The notes under the pieces are model-generated. The model saw nothing but the letters and a program-made list of their open reading frames with translations, did not search any database and was not told the DNA's origin. A stretch of DNA of 59,239 nt, counting the filler, from Porpidia crustulata (Eukaryota), in the NCBI GenBank assembly GCA_964255105.1. It is 8 parts of 8 records of this genome, joined end to end, with 100 filler letters (N's around TTAATTAATTAA, not from the genome) between each part and the next. Parts side by side here need not be neighbours in the genome. Positions count along the whole stretch, not along the records: positions 22,284 to 29,607 come from CAXUWE010001355.1; positions 29,708 to 37,027 come from CAXUWE010001356.1; 6 more parts are not named here. One strand, given 5' to 3'. Below are positions 22,674-35,933 of the stretch, piece after piece. A program made the translations under genes and the position numbers. Positions within the stretch are counted from its first letter, which is position 1; the number at the start of each line of letters is the position of its first letter.

Positions 22674-24758
22674 TTATCTCTCGACATTTTCCTTAGAGGG
22701 GCTTGAAACCGCGTCTAAAGGGGCGGCGTGAAGTGCAGGCTTTGCTTTCTTACCCATGGAACCGTTCCTTCTCCTTTCCATGGCATCAGCAACCCAGTTC
22801 GCGACCTCTCTATCTCGAAATTCCCGGGAGATAGGATTTGCTTCTGAAGCTTCACTATCTTGCTTCTCATCGTCTTCAGTGATGGTCGGTGGCTTCAAGA
22901 GCGGGGCCAGCCAAGCGTGGCGCTGTAGCATGGCGTATGTTGGACGAAGCTTGGGGGTTTTATTCAAGCAGCCCCGCACGAAATCCCTGGCAGCATCAGA
23001 AAAGCCTTCATCTGGTAATTCTGGTGGATCGCCATTAACGATAGCCTAATATTATCAACGAACAGCCCAAAATGACAATTTTAGAGGACTACTTACGCTG
23101 AGCTGGCTGAATATGTTGTTGTAAGTTTCTGGCGGATATGGGTATCGACCCATGGCGCACTCAATGATAGTGAGTCCCAGACTCCATATATCACTTTGTA
23201 CACTGTAGCTGCCTCCGCCTGGGTTTGCGCCCGCTTGCGCGACTCCCCCACTCGCTATCCTTTCTGGCGCCATATAGCTCTGACAGCCGATGTTAGTCTT
23301 TGCAATACTTGCCACTAAATTACCGCTGACTCCAAAATCACATATTTTGACTTGACCTTTGCTGTCAACGAGGATGTTGGTTGGCTTGACGTCGCGATGA
23401 ATGATGTTGTGCTCATCTTTCAATGCTTTAAGACCTTTGACAGTGGATAATGTAATCTTGCGGAGAACGCCTTCTGGGATCCCGTCTCCATAGAGCTTGT
23501 CGATGGAACCACCGTCCATATATTCCATGCATATATACACGGCGCCTTCTTGGAAAAAGGCACCGTAAAAGTCAACAATGAAAGGTGAAATGCACCGGTG
23601 GAGAATATCCAGCTCCATTATGATCGCTGCAAACTTAGCTTCGTCCAATTCCAATCTGATCTCTTTCATCGCCATTACGAGACCAGTCGTACCTCCTGAA
23701 GAGATCGCAGGAGCGGGTGTACCACTACTGACAGCGCCCGTTTCTGCTGGGCCCTCCGGAAGTCTTGGTGATGTTACCATCGACGGTGGCAGCTTATTAC
23801 CGCTAAGACCTAGCCCAGGCCTACGTATATGCGGTCGACTGTGCCGAACTTTGTAAACAGTTCCATAGTTGCCCTTTCCTAGCTCTTCTAGGTTATCCAC
23901 TTCGTTAAGAGAGATACTGAAGCTCCTACCACTGGAGAAATCTATACCCTTACCATGTATAGTAGCTTTCCCTTTGAATTTTAATGTTCCTGTCTTCGTG
24001 TCGACGAACTCCGAATACTTGGTGAACAATGACCCCTGACCTGCACTCGCACTTATACCAGTTACGCCTTCGTTGGTCTCCCCATTGGCAGCTTTAAATT
24101 CTCCCGGGACGGTCGGCAGCGGTATTTGAGGACCTGAAGCATCCGATAGTTTCATACCCCTGTTCAGACCCCGCTTAGCAGCCAAAGACATCTTAGGGTT
24201 CATCTTCAGGCTCGGCACAGCCGGAGCAGATATATGGTTCGCCACGTGGGGTCGTCCTCCTGTGGCAAGGTGGAGACCTCCAACCCCGCCGACAAGCGGT
24301 CCTCCTGGGCTTGTGACTCCGGGAACCACCAGATTGCCTTTCGGTGGACCTACCGAAATTGGACCAGCCGCAGAGGGAACATGACTAGTAGAAGTCGAAT
24401 GGACCGGAGGATTCGGAGGTAATCGAAGATTTTGAGGTGGCGGTCTTGATAAGTGAAATGCCTTCATCTTAGCCTGCATGTCTTGAGGGAGGGAGCCAGC
24501 CCTCGCAGTCGCCAAAGGCGATGGCGGATGCCCCGGTCATCGACCAGCATTGAGAGTTCCAAGAGGGGTCGAGGAAGCGGTCATGGAGGCTGCAGCAGGA
24601 ATATTGGCCTTTGTCCGAAATGATGGTAGACGCGGCGGCGAAGGATTGGGGGGTAGTAGAGTAAAGTCTTCAACTTTGGTCGCTGACGAGGGTGATGATG
24701 TGGAGTCTGGCAACAAGGCTTGCTCCGTTGATATAGGCATCGTAGGTGGTGAGCTCAT
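22674..24758 (-). CDS. PBS2: HOG-pathway MAP kinase kinase Pbs2/Wis1; intron about 23046-23096; in-frame TGA at 24537-24539 in the N-terminus
   Basis: ELGKGNYGTV, AMKEIRLELDEAKF, HRDVKPTN, DFGVSGNLVASIAKTNIGCQSYMAPERI, and C-terminal PALHAAPLD. The start is uncertain because of the TGA. Confidence 0.93.
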
Positions 24759-25710
24759 GATTGCGATGATGGGAAGGGTGGTGCGGCGGGCTTCCAGGGC
24801 CGCAGGAAACACACCAAAAGAGAGGAGGAGGATCTCAAGTAGACTCAAATCATGCCTGGAACTGTAGGAATTTGATCATACTAAAAATACCACAAGCACT
24901 GGGAAACATTCAAAAATTCGCTGTTCCATTAAGCTGTCAGATTAAGGCTTAAAGTGACGGAGAAGTGTGGCTGATGTCTCCCAAAAACATGGCAATCTTC
25001 ACATACTTTCATTACGTATCCCCCTGTGAAGATCTATACACTAAACCAGAGGATGGTAAGATATGGTATAGAACAATAAAATACTGACTACAGGCTTCCG
25101 GAGTCCAGCGTCTGAAGGAGCCGGAACAGGTAACGTATTGAGGCTGGCAAACATCGTTGGCTTGACGAGCCAGATGAGATATGAGTTTCAATTGCTTGAA
25201 ATTCAGCGCATCAAGTGGTATGTCCAGTACTACCGGACACACTGCCACCGGTGCGGCTAAGGGTTAGCCTCGCTACCTGGTAACAAATACCTTGTTTTAG
25301 GATTATCATAACAAGGCAAGGATGGCGATGATTGCTGAGTGACTTCCATAGTACACTGTTACTTCTTGCCCCAGAGCCACAATTCATCGGCTACCAATCT
25401 ACAGAGCTTCGTACTTTCTTAGAGACACCATAAGTACACTATTAGCTCTACATACATTATACGACGCTGGTGGGGAAAGCAACCATCTTTTTCTTTTCTT
25501 TTTTTTGTTTTTGGAAATACCTAGTCACATCTGAGATCAACTGACTTTCTGATCTGTTCGCTGTGGCTATCAGTACTTCAATCCATTGCGCCCTCTGTCA
25601 TTTGGAGGGCAGGTTTCAATCAAGCCGACAGCTACACCTTGACAACAGAGATCCAGTACTTGTGCCCCAACTATCATAGATTGCACCTGGGCTTGGGTAG
25701 AGTACATTTA

Positions 25711-27690
25711 ATGATGACCTGGATCACCAATCCCACCTCTTTCCAAAACGCTCAGCACGCTCCAACTTTTGCAGGAAATGCGTTCTCACAACCAATGCAT
25801 TCTTCAAATCTGATGTCCATAATGGAGAAGGAAAAGCTACCTCCACACTCTTCCCATCCTGCCTTTGGGCACCTCACATTGCTGGTGTTCGAGGCTGTCT
25901 TGGAAGTGGTATGTGTCAGTCTGCCGGGCTATATAGTAGCAAGGCAGGGTATGTTCAGTGCAGAGATGCAAAAGTTTGCCGCCAATTTAAATGTCATGCT
26001 TTTCACTCCATGCCTGAGTACGCATTTCACTACCTTGCTAAGCTCATAATTCACCCTACTAATGCGTTTCCAAGTCTTCACGAAGCTGGCTTCTCAGCTT
26101 ACAGCTGATACAATCGGAGAGCTTGCCTTGATTCCTGCTATCTTCCTAGTGCAGACTTTGGTGTCCTACGTTTGCTCGGTTGGCGTTTCATGGCTTTTTA
26201 GTTTCAAGAAAAGACCTCGCAACTTTATCATAGCTATGGGGGCAAGTTTCTGACTGCTGTTCTATCATCTCAAATCAGTTGAGACTGCTAATAGTTCTTA
26301 GGTCTTCGGTAATTCTAATTCACTACCAATCTCTCTCGTGCTGTCCCTCTCACAAACCATCAAAGGGCTTCACTGGGATAAGGTTTCTAATGACAATGAC
26401 GACGAAGTTGCCGCGAGGGGCATTCTTTATCTCCTTATATTTCAGCAGCTCGGGCAGCTACTCAGATGGAGCTGGGGATACAACGTGTTACTAGCTCCTC
26501 CCAAGCACGCAGAAGACGAAGAAAATGATCGGCTCGAGAGAGGTCAAGGTCGCTTTATGGATGAACCGGATGGCGAGAACGAGCGTCTTCTAAATGTTGC
26601 GCCAGCTGACTGTGACGAAATTGAGCAGAACGCCAGTAATGGTTCGAGTGAGACCAACGTAGGGGACAGAGCTACTACGAAGTGCAGCCTAGGTGGTTCC
26701 CGTTCGGAGCAAGATTTTGTATCCGGAGAGCAGACGCCTGTGACTCACCAACAATACACTTCTTCTGTATCCTCCAAGGCTTCATCAAAAGCTGGGGTTA
26801 CTGATATTAGGCCTGCTCCGGGCCTAGTACCAACGCCGATCAACGGGAATATATTACCTTCTGAGAACAATAAGCAAACCAAAGCCAAAGCCACAGCCTT
26901 GGAGGATGAGGATGCTCCGAATGCTTCAAGAGTTTTGTTGGGTCAATCAAACCTCTTTATCAAGAAGCAAGTCCATGCATTATTCCACTTTGTCTCTAAT
27001 CATGCTACCTCCGCATCTGGAGCTTTACCAGGATCCCTGCGAACTGCACTTCAACGAACTTATGCCGGCCTTCGGAGGTTCTTATTAGGCCTGTGGAATT
27101 TCATGAATCCGCCTTTATGGGCTATGTTAGCTGCCATCGTGGTTGCCGCAATACCTTCTTTACAGAGTTTATTCTTCAGTGAAGGTACGTTTGTGAAGAA
27201 TTCGATTACTAGCGCAATAAGCCAGAGTGCGGGTGTCGCTGTTCCCCTCATTCTTGTCGTTCTGGGAGCAAATTTGGCAAAAAATACTCTTCCTGAAGAT
27301 GCAATTGCCCTAGATGATGATCGTAAAGAGGAAACCAAGCTGCTCATCGCGGCGCTGGTTAGCAGAATGCTCCTCCCGACAATTATCATGACACCGATAC
27401 TTGCTCTCACTGCAAAATACACTCCCATTAGTATCTTAGAAGATCCTATCTTCGTCATTGTTTGCTTTCTACTTACAGGGGCACCGAGTGCCCTACAACT
27501 AGCGCAAATATGCCAGATCAACAATGTGTATATGGGCACCATAACTAGGCTCTTGTTCCAGAGCTATGTAGTCTGGTACGTTGCCTACCATAGGCAAGCT
27601 CGTCGAGATGCTGACACCATCAGGATTCTTCCATCAACCCTCGTTCTTGTCATGTTAGCATTAGAAGTTGTCGAGTGGGCACAAGCATGA
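25711..27690 (+). CDS. Auxin-efflux-carrier (PILS/Mem_trans family) membrane transporter; introns about 26018-26075, 26242-26301 (GC-AG) and 27576-27623
   Basis: EAVLEVVCVSLPGY, NVMLFTPCL, VFGNSNSLP, RGILYLLIFQQLGQLLRWSWG, NPPLWAML, VPLILVVLG, APSALQLAQICQ. Confidence 0.92.
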
Positions 27691-29607
27691 TGCCCAGCAG
27701 ATATCAATCTAGTTCCCCAAAAAAGAATTGTTCCTGTCCGAGCGATTTTAACGGGAAAATATTTTCTTCAGTCATTACGAACTGGTACTGTACATAAGCG
27801 GTTGTAGGATCCGAGCACTACTTTTCGCGACCAAGCTTGTCACATTTTGGTGTTCATCGAACCAGAGAACCTGGCCACGTTGACAGCAAAAGTGATATGA
27901 AGCATTCCTTTACTCATGCCGCTCATTGAAACGCTATTCCAGCGGCCTCTTAGAACGATATGCCAACTTGAGCGTGATTGACGATGGTCGGTAATGCTCT
28001 ATCATGACTCCAGATTGTCAAGGCTACACTATGTGCCTACTCAAATTCACTCCCTCGAAGGAAACCATTAATGAATCTACAGTACTCAGGGTGGTGTTCA
28101 ACTCTGTTAGCATACTTAGTAAGTTTGATGGTAGCATTATTATCTTTCACATGCCCAGATACTAGAAACTACTTTGACTAAGAGATAGGCCAGGTCTGTC
28201 CGCTTATATATACTATTGCTCGTATCCACCACTCAACAGGACATACCTCTCAACAAAAAAATATAGTCAGGGTCATGGTCTATCAACTTTAGTCGATTTG
28301 TTGCGGCAGGATGGAGACGAGTAATGACGGACCAACAAGCGTCAGACCCGTCCCGTTACAGTGGACCCTTGTTCAAGGTTCAAATCTGCCCACGCCATTT
28401 CAACCCAGCATCAGCTCCTATCTTCAATCTTCCCCCAAACGATTGGCCAAGCGTTCCCACCCAGTCCTTGTATTCTAGCGAGATACTACCAATCTCCGTC
28501 GAATTTTCGCCACTCAACGCTGGTATGCGCATGGGCAAAGCTGTATGTAATGGGTACATACCCAAATCCTTGCCCAATGCCATAAGTACCGCTGCCCCTA
28601 GCTATTCGACCCTAGAAAACCCCACTCTATTTTATGGCTATCGAGGGTTGGTACCGTAGAGTGGAATCTCCAAGATTGGGGCTTACGAAGCCCGACAGGT
28701 CTCAAGCGAGACAAATGTTCTTCAACTCCACTCTAACGATAGAATGAGCTATTCATGGAGCCAAATTTCGATTAGCACGGATTCCATCTCCGAAAAGGTT
28801 CGCCTTATCATATCCGCCAACAATAAACGTCGATTCCTAAAAGATGACCAAGAAGGTGAAAAGGTGGATATTTATTCACCATCTCCACGCTCGGAACATC
28901 CAATTAGTCATATGAAGATGCCAAGTCTGAACATTCTACGTGTGATTGTAAATCTAAAACCGAGGAAACCGGCAACATAAATCCAACACGCCGTCAAATG
29001 AGAACACCGAGATGACTGAGCAGGGGAACTTTGGAGACGCCGAATTCTTCCGGGCGGAGTAGTGGGCGGCGGAGGAGATGGAAATTGCAACTGTCTCGAG
29101 GTTTTAGATCTATGCCATCTAGTGAAGCACTTTTCTAATCTATCAACGGCGGATACGAAATAAACTTCAATATTGCAGCTGATCCACAAGGATCTAGTAA
29201 GAAGAATCGCGATCGATACCGACCATGAACCAAAGCAGATAATAAGACAAAATTCATATCAAATTAAAGAGCTCATTCACCCGAGCAAATCAAGCCCTTG
29301 TTTATCAATTAGGACCAAAAGTTGAGCAGGTGGTGAAGCAAAGAGTGTTGTCGCCCAAGCATTGGGCGCAATCCGGCCGCAATTCGTCGCAAAATCACCA
29401 ATTTTATCGAAACAAAGTCAATTTTCATCTGTTTTTCGTACAGTACGCGTCAAATATTGCTGAATCACAAGCAAACATCAATCTAAAAGCAATAAATCGC
29501 GTCATTTTCACACGTTAGCGATTATACAGCACTGTTTAGTCTTTTGTTTATCTTTTCCTTGCAAAGCACGAAATCAAGCTAGTGCTTCGGCGAGTCGGAG
29601 GTCTGCA

Positions 29608-29707
29608 NNNNNNNNNNNNNNNNNNNNNNNNNNNNNNNNNNNNNNNNNNNNTTAATTAATTAANNNNNNNNNNNNNNNNNNNNNNNNNNNNNNNNNNNNN
29701 NNNNNNN
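29608..29707. other. Artificial contig spacer
   Basis: 44N-TTAATTAATTAA-44N. Confidence 0.99.
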
Positions 29708-30460
29708 TGGGTGGATGGAAGGTAGTTGATCAATTGTTCGAGATATTTTCTCCATAACCCTAGCCCTAATACTCAGGGTTTTCGAACTAGGGGTGAATAC
29801 GAGTATCAGTTTGTTCGCACAAAAGCAGTGAGCTTACGACTAGCGCGGTGTTGAATCAGTCGAATGCTCTTCATTGTGTCTGAGCCAGAACAAGGTACTT
29901 TCGACTTTCTCATTCGTGACCTTCATGTTTAGCCAGTAAGAAAGCTACATCCATGACGGAGATGATGCTGGTAGAACTAAGCCCAACCATGAAACTTTTG
30001 GCCGCAGCTGGAGATCAGCACGGTACGTAGTTGGTGATGATTTCAAACCACCTTTGATACATGTCTTTCGGAAAATGTTCTCCGTCTCGAAGTCTCTATA
30101 TCGAGCATGTGGTAGCACTTTATAAATTCGAGTAGCGCCGGGAGGCTGGTGATGGTCCAATGCGACGATCCTGAATAAGTCCACCTTCTGGTATTACTCC
30201 AAAGCGTCGTCCCGTGACAAATTGAGGTGGTAGCACTATCCTTGGTCTAAGTTCCGTGACTTGGACTTAATACCGAGCTCAGTTTTTAGCCTTTGAACCC
30301 ACACCTAGCAACGCCGTTGCAAATCCTATGACGCCGGACTCCACATTCGGTGAATATTCTGTGGTTGAAGCGATATTCTATCCTCCCTTGTTCTTGAATT
30401 ACCCCTTCCATTCCGTAGCGGTATGGCGGTCTCAAGGAAAGTCGTCAAGCAAATAGTAAT

Positions 30461-31833
30461 TCAACGGTGGCAGACATTCTCCTCAGCGTAGGCTCGGTAT
30501 CTATCAAGGACGTCTGTGTTTTCGATACCTCCTTCTCGGACCTGCCACGAAAATGCGTAGTGTGCCGCTACGGCTTTTCCATCTAGCACGGCGTCTGCAC
30601 TTCCGGTCAGTATCACATGTCTGCCATTCGGAATGAGGATCGTACGTCTTCCAAGCTTCTTGGGCAGCGTCACAGTCAAGAACTCCTCGTCATCATCCGG
30701 AAACGGTCGATTGTTGACAACATCATCACCCCAAATTGCGATCATATTGATACTCACTCGATAATACTGGTAGTCCCAGGTGTCAAATTGATATTTCGAT
30801 ATGCCTACTTCTCCCTCCTCGAGAGCCTCGAGAAACGAATAGTGCTGTTGCGCAGCGACTTTCCAGCTTTTTAACCCGGGCCCAGACTGCAAGTATGTGG
30901 TTGTTGTTATGGGAGTGCCATCAAGGTTGTATTCAGGACCGAGTGGCAGCCATCGGTGATTCAGGATGGGAGATGAAAATCCCCTCGTGAATGAGGATGA
31001 CGGAGAGTCGGTCCACATCGGAAGCTTCGATGCGCGCCAGGTGTGGGACTGGACCGGTTTCGCTGGGTGCTTGATTTCAGGTAGATAGGGCCGGATCACG
31101 CCAAGGTGGTAATGTACCCATGAAAGTGCTGGGTTATTGATAGCGTTGGCCGACGTTAGGAGGTGCTCAGGGTAAGCCGCTTTCGAAGCGACGAGGCGAG
31201 GAATTGTAGAATCATTAATGAAGACCTATCGAGCTTCGTATTAGTTGGATGAGACTTAGTGTCAAGCATGAGAAGATGGACCTACAACATCGTCATCTAT
31301 CTTGACGTACATAACGGCCTTTTCAACTATATCCCACAGAGCACCATAAGGGACCTTGCTCGAATCTCCACTCGGATGGGCGACGTCTGCCCTCGAGTAG
31401 CCAGCTGTGGTGGAAACCAAATGATCGAGCCATTCCAGATCCTCAGCATCACCGGTTCTTGCAATGAATATTACTTCATCCAAAAGTCCACCGTTTCTGA
31501 CCAGATTTTGCTGCAATCACGTCTCGTCAGCCTCTGTGCGGGTAGAAGGGAGATGAGTACTCTTACTCTGAGGTAGCAGTCTAATATTGATACCCTAGAG
31601 CGTCGCCCGTAGAACACTAATGCCTTGACCCGAAAATCTCGGGGAATCTCCGGCACAACAACCTCTCGCGGAGGTCCCAAATTTGGTTCATGGACCAAGA
31701 ATGCTACCGTCACTAAGACTGCGATACAAAACCCAAGCGCTAGACTCTTGCACGCCAATCCAAGCGCTCCAAGTCTTATGGCTCGACTCTCTCGTAATGA
31801 CGTAGAAGACAGGATGTGATATCGTGGTAGCAT
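30461..31833 (-). CDS. Type II membrane glycosyltransferase-like (GT-A, DxD) protein of unknown function; three probable introns
   Basis: N-terminal TM helix, VFYGRR..VSILDCYL, NLVRNGGLLDEV, YVKIDDDV(VF), SANAINNP, SINMIAIWG, DDEEFLT, HYAF..Q. Three ORFs are joined by GT-AG introns. Confidence 0.78.
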
Positions 31834-32927
31834 TTTAGACAATGAGATGATCGAATTACGGTTGTTGGTGCATAAGAACTCCTCCGAGGAAGTCTACACT
31901 GCATGCTTTCCCCTAGTATGCAATGTCCTAGAACGCGTAGAAGAATATGGGAAAGAACCGACCAAAGTACATCTAAATCAATGGGGTCCTCTCTGTCCAG
32001 CAAAGCAGCGGCGCATGCAGCTGAAGGCATGGCGAAAGGATTGCTTTGCCTTGTGCTGAGACAAGAGATCCTGTGGCCCATGATTCGCATACTGCGCCGA
32101 TGCATAGGTCTTAGTTCGCTTTGCTGGTAAATGAAAGACCAGGCAGAAGGAACGATCGCGAATGGAGGAAAGAGGACAAGGGTAGAAACGAAAAAAACGT
32201 TCATCCGAATCATGTCATACAAAAGAACTACGCCCTATGTTTCAAGTTCCACGGCTATGGATAGAAGATAGAAACCCCGTTCTGGTACAGCCACGTTGAA
32301 ACGAAGCTATTATTGTAGGGCTTGAAGGATTGGAGCCCGTGTGGATAGAGCAACAGTCAACTGAGTCTAGACCAACCGGCCTGGCCAATGCGTAGATTTT
32401 GATATACTGCACAGACTATGGCCACTTGTCGATAAAGTACCTCCCGCATTCTGCACCTTCCGTTAGACGTAAGTTGCATATATTGAATAAGGTAGCAACG
32501 ATACTATGATGATCGAATAAGAAACTTACACGAATAACAAGAACAAGTCTCAGCCTTGGCGAGCCCACGGCGGCGGCGCAGCAGCAGCGGAGCCTCAGAC
32601 ACTAAAAGCGGCCCGCTTGGCGAGACGTGGCATCGCTGAACGACGACGTGGTCAGTAGGAGATCGAGTCTCACAAAAACCATCGACCGATGTTTCACATC
32701 ATCAGCGGCAACGTGGTGGAGAGCTGTACCCGCTGTCTGAGTGGCCCTCGCCCCAAACAAGGCAAATTGTACACTACGCCTCGGCCGCTGTGCATCCTGC
32801 CCCATTACGAATTTAGATGAGGCTAGCTTGTTCCTACAGGATTGAAATGAAGATGATGCGGTTTTCCGTGACCTGTATGGTAGGTATGGGACGATTCATC
32901 ATAATATCTAGGTTTCAGTAGGAGTGG

Positions 32928-32952
32928 ATCCTACATCCTACATCCTACATCC
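32928..32952. repeat. Short (ATCCTAC)n tandem repeat
   Basis: ATCCTACATCCTACATCCTACATCC. Confidence 0.7.
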
Positions 32953-33276
32953 GTAATGCCAAGGCCATTGTGTTGGCCGACCAGGGCACTGCGTGATGTT
33001 ATTCGAGACTCATTGCCAGCTTCAATACTATGATTAGGCGAGGTGAACTGCAGATAGTGAAGTGCAGGGTCTCCTCATCTCTTGTTCCTCCGCGGTGGTG
33101 GTGGAAATGTGCTGTTCATACGACGGTGTATGCCATATGCGTGGGGCAAGAAGCGATTATGGAATACTTGTTTTTGAATAATTACCGTTGATTGATATGT
33201 GATCATTGCAATGTTCTACTTTCACGAACCACGTCTTGACGCTTTCTTATATGCCGTAGAATTCTAGTATTGCATT

Positions 33277-35322
33277 TCACGACACACCGATTTCCATCCT
33301 AGCCCTGACGTCCCTAATCAGCGCCTTCGCTTCCTCAACCTCGATGCCATCCTGGCACAGCTCATTCGCCAATTCCATCGCCCGTGTAAGATTACCCTTG
33401 GCAAACTCCCATCTCGCGAGCCACATCCTGGCTTTGGAAGTCGTAGTCGTCACGCCGGTGCCAGGACCTCTGGCTTCGTCGTCTCCGTTGCCCGCACCGG
33501 TCTCTTGGAATATCGTCATCTCCATGTACGACCCGGCTTCTTCGATCTCGCCCAGTTTCTCGTACAGCAGCGCGATTTGATACAGGATCTCCGGGTCCAA
33601 GTTTCCACCGGAAGCATCTGCGTTGGTGGCGCCAGAGCCAAAGGAGCTGCCGTAGTCGTAGTAGGTGCTCACCACCAACGCGCGTTTGAACGCTTTGATG
33701 CTCTGGGTTGGTCGATTGACTTTGTCGTAGCAACTACCGACCGCCTGCCACATCTTCGGATCCATTGGCTTGAGACTCGCAGCTCTCTGGTAGTAGAAAA
33801 GCGCGTAGATGTGCATTTCGAGCATCTCATAAGCTTGACCAAGACCGTACCAGGCTCGGTAGTCTTTACGATTGACGTCCACGGCACGTCTGTAACTTTC
33901 GATGGCGGCGTGCGTGTTTTTCATCTCAATGTATTCGTGACCCATTAGCGTCCACGCAGATGAAAAATTACGGTCGAGAGTGAGCGCGCGACGAAAATAC
34001 GACACTGCCTTTTCGTGCTCAGACTTCAACGAATAGTAGTTGCCAACCACGTAACATGTTTCGGGTCGGAATTTGTCAGTCGCAGATGCAACCTGGGCAA
34101 GGAAAGCGAGCTTAGGCCTCGATCCCAAGACGAATAGTATATTCGAATAGTGGTCGAGAGAATCAATTCGATGAGGATCCGAGTGCAATATGGCTGAAAA
34201 GATGGACTCAGCTTCACCGAAATCCTTTACATGGTAAAACAGCAGTGCCCGTTGTGTCTTCAAGAAATGGCTATTAGGAAATAATGACTCTAATTCCGTG
34301 AGCGAATCGTGGGTCATCTGGCCCGACTGATAGAGCTCCTGGCTTGCGTGTAGATGAAATATCAGAGTCATGACATTGTGCGGTCGCTCAGGTACGATTC
34401 GTGGTAGATCTGGTACAATTTGTTGTAGCTCTTCCATGCTGTTCAAAAGTCCAGTCAACTCCTGCCAGGCCCCCCAGTTGTAGGGCTGCTTTTGCACGCT
34501 TCGAATCAGCCATGATTTTGCTTCTGCTACGTTTTTCCCTTTCATGAGTATAATTCCGTATAAATATTCCAACCATCCTTGGGTGCGGTCGCTTAGCCCT
34601 TTCGCAGCTTTGTCGGCGAACCATTCCTCAAGAATGTGACCTAGACCTACAAGTTCCTTATTGACAGTCGACCCGCCATCAGCCGGGCCCAGGATCATCT
34701 CGCTGTCCTCGCCTTTACGCTTTTCTCCAGACATGTACTTTGCATATAACGCAAGAAATAGAGATTTTTGGCTCATTCGCGGTAAAGTAATGCGAGGCTG
34801 GGTCAGCCCGGCCGATACTCGTGGGCCCGGATCCTTGGCCTTACCTTTTGTTATCTTTGGCGCAGTCTGATTTTTGACATTGGAAGAAGATTCTGGCAGT
34901 GGGCTTCGTGGAAGCTCTGAGGGTAAGAAGACTGCTGCACAGCGATCGAATTCATGACAGTCAAAGTAAGACTTAGCTAATAGGTATTTTGATATCTCTT
35001 GCGACTCAAGCCGCGCCTCGCTAGCATCACTATTGGAAGAGAATATAGAAGGCATTGTACGTCGAGTATGGTCTTCATCTTCCATGGAAGAATCAGGGTC
35101 AGCATCTGACACTGGCGACTGTTCGTCAGCCCATCGAATGGAAGTGGATAGCTCGGCGATCCTGTCACTCCAATTGATTAATACAGAATGAGGGGTCTAG
35201 GCCAGAGGTTTGGAAACCCACCATTTCGCGGATTGGTAAAGACATCGTTCTGAGCACTTGATAACGGCATCTTGCATCGTCGCCTGAAGCTGCAAAGCGA
35301 ATTGTTTGGTGGAAATAGACAT
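33277..35322 (-). CDS. CDC23: Anaphase-promoting complex subunit 8 (Cdc23/Cut23); intron 35162-35221
   Basis: CSERCLYQSAKW, YLLAKSYFDCHEFDR, and TPR array with FRPETC.VVGNYYSL, AWTLMGHEY, DYRAWYGLGQAYE. Confidence 0.96.
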
Positions 35323-35576
35323 GACTGGGAGGACACAATTGGAGACTGAGCAAGCTGGATGATTCACATCCACGATGACTATATCATGAAGCAGACGTCA
35401 ACAGCAGACAATGAAAAGGAGATTATGCTAAACGAAGAATCTGTCATCGCATGAGATGTCGTGTCATTGACTTTATGATACCTCGACCCTGTAGAGAAGC
35501 CAACAAGGCGAGTACTACCACAGGTTTACTCAATGATTCAAACAGTCGTACTATGCAGTCCACGACTACATTTCAG

Positions 35577-35662
35577 ATCACGTGGTGTTCTCCATGTCAA
35601 TAATCAAATAAGGTAAGTTACTTACCTATTTAGGCTTTATACACGTGACTTATCTTACGTCA
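35577..35662. promoter_or_regulatory. Two CACGTG E-boxes and a TTACGTCA CRE-like site in the divergent CDC23/ERG20 promoter
   Basis: CACGTG at 35579-35584 and 35642-35647; TTACGTCA at 35655-35662. Function is inferred only. Confidence 0.35.
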
Positions 35663-35933
35663 TCGTACATTCCCGGCGTTAACAAACACGGAAGAGCTAG
35701 TGACTACCCGATCCCTGTCAATCCTATCCCTTTCATCAACATTTTGCGACAGGGTCCGAATGGGGAATGGATTATCCGAGGACTGTCAAAGCGTCCAGAG
35801 TGAAAACTCTTCTCATCCAAAAAGACCTTCTAACCGCTACATTCTCATAAGTTTGGTCTTTGTACTCTGCTTCGATAGTCTCGGTTGAAGCTCCATTAAG
35901 CCGAGTGTAGTGTTCAAGATCCTACATATCACC

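Noticed and set aside
28324..29518. Several 60-110 aa ORFs after the transporter gene
   Set aside because: No recognisable domain or coherent splice model.
30034..30174. GTGATGA ... CTGA as a possible box C/D snoRNA
   Set aside because: No terminal stem and no rRNA-complementary guide that I could identify.
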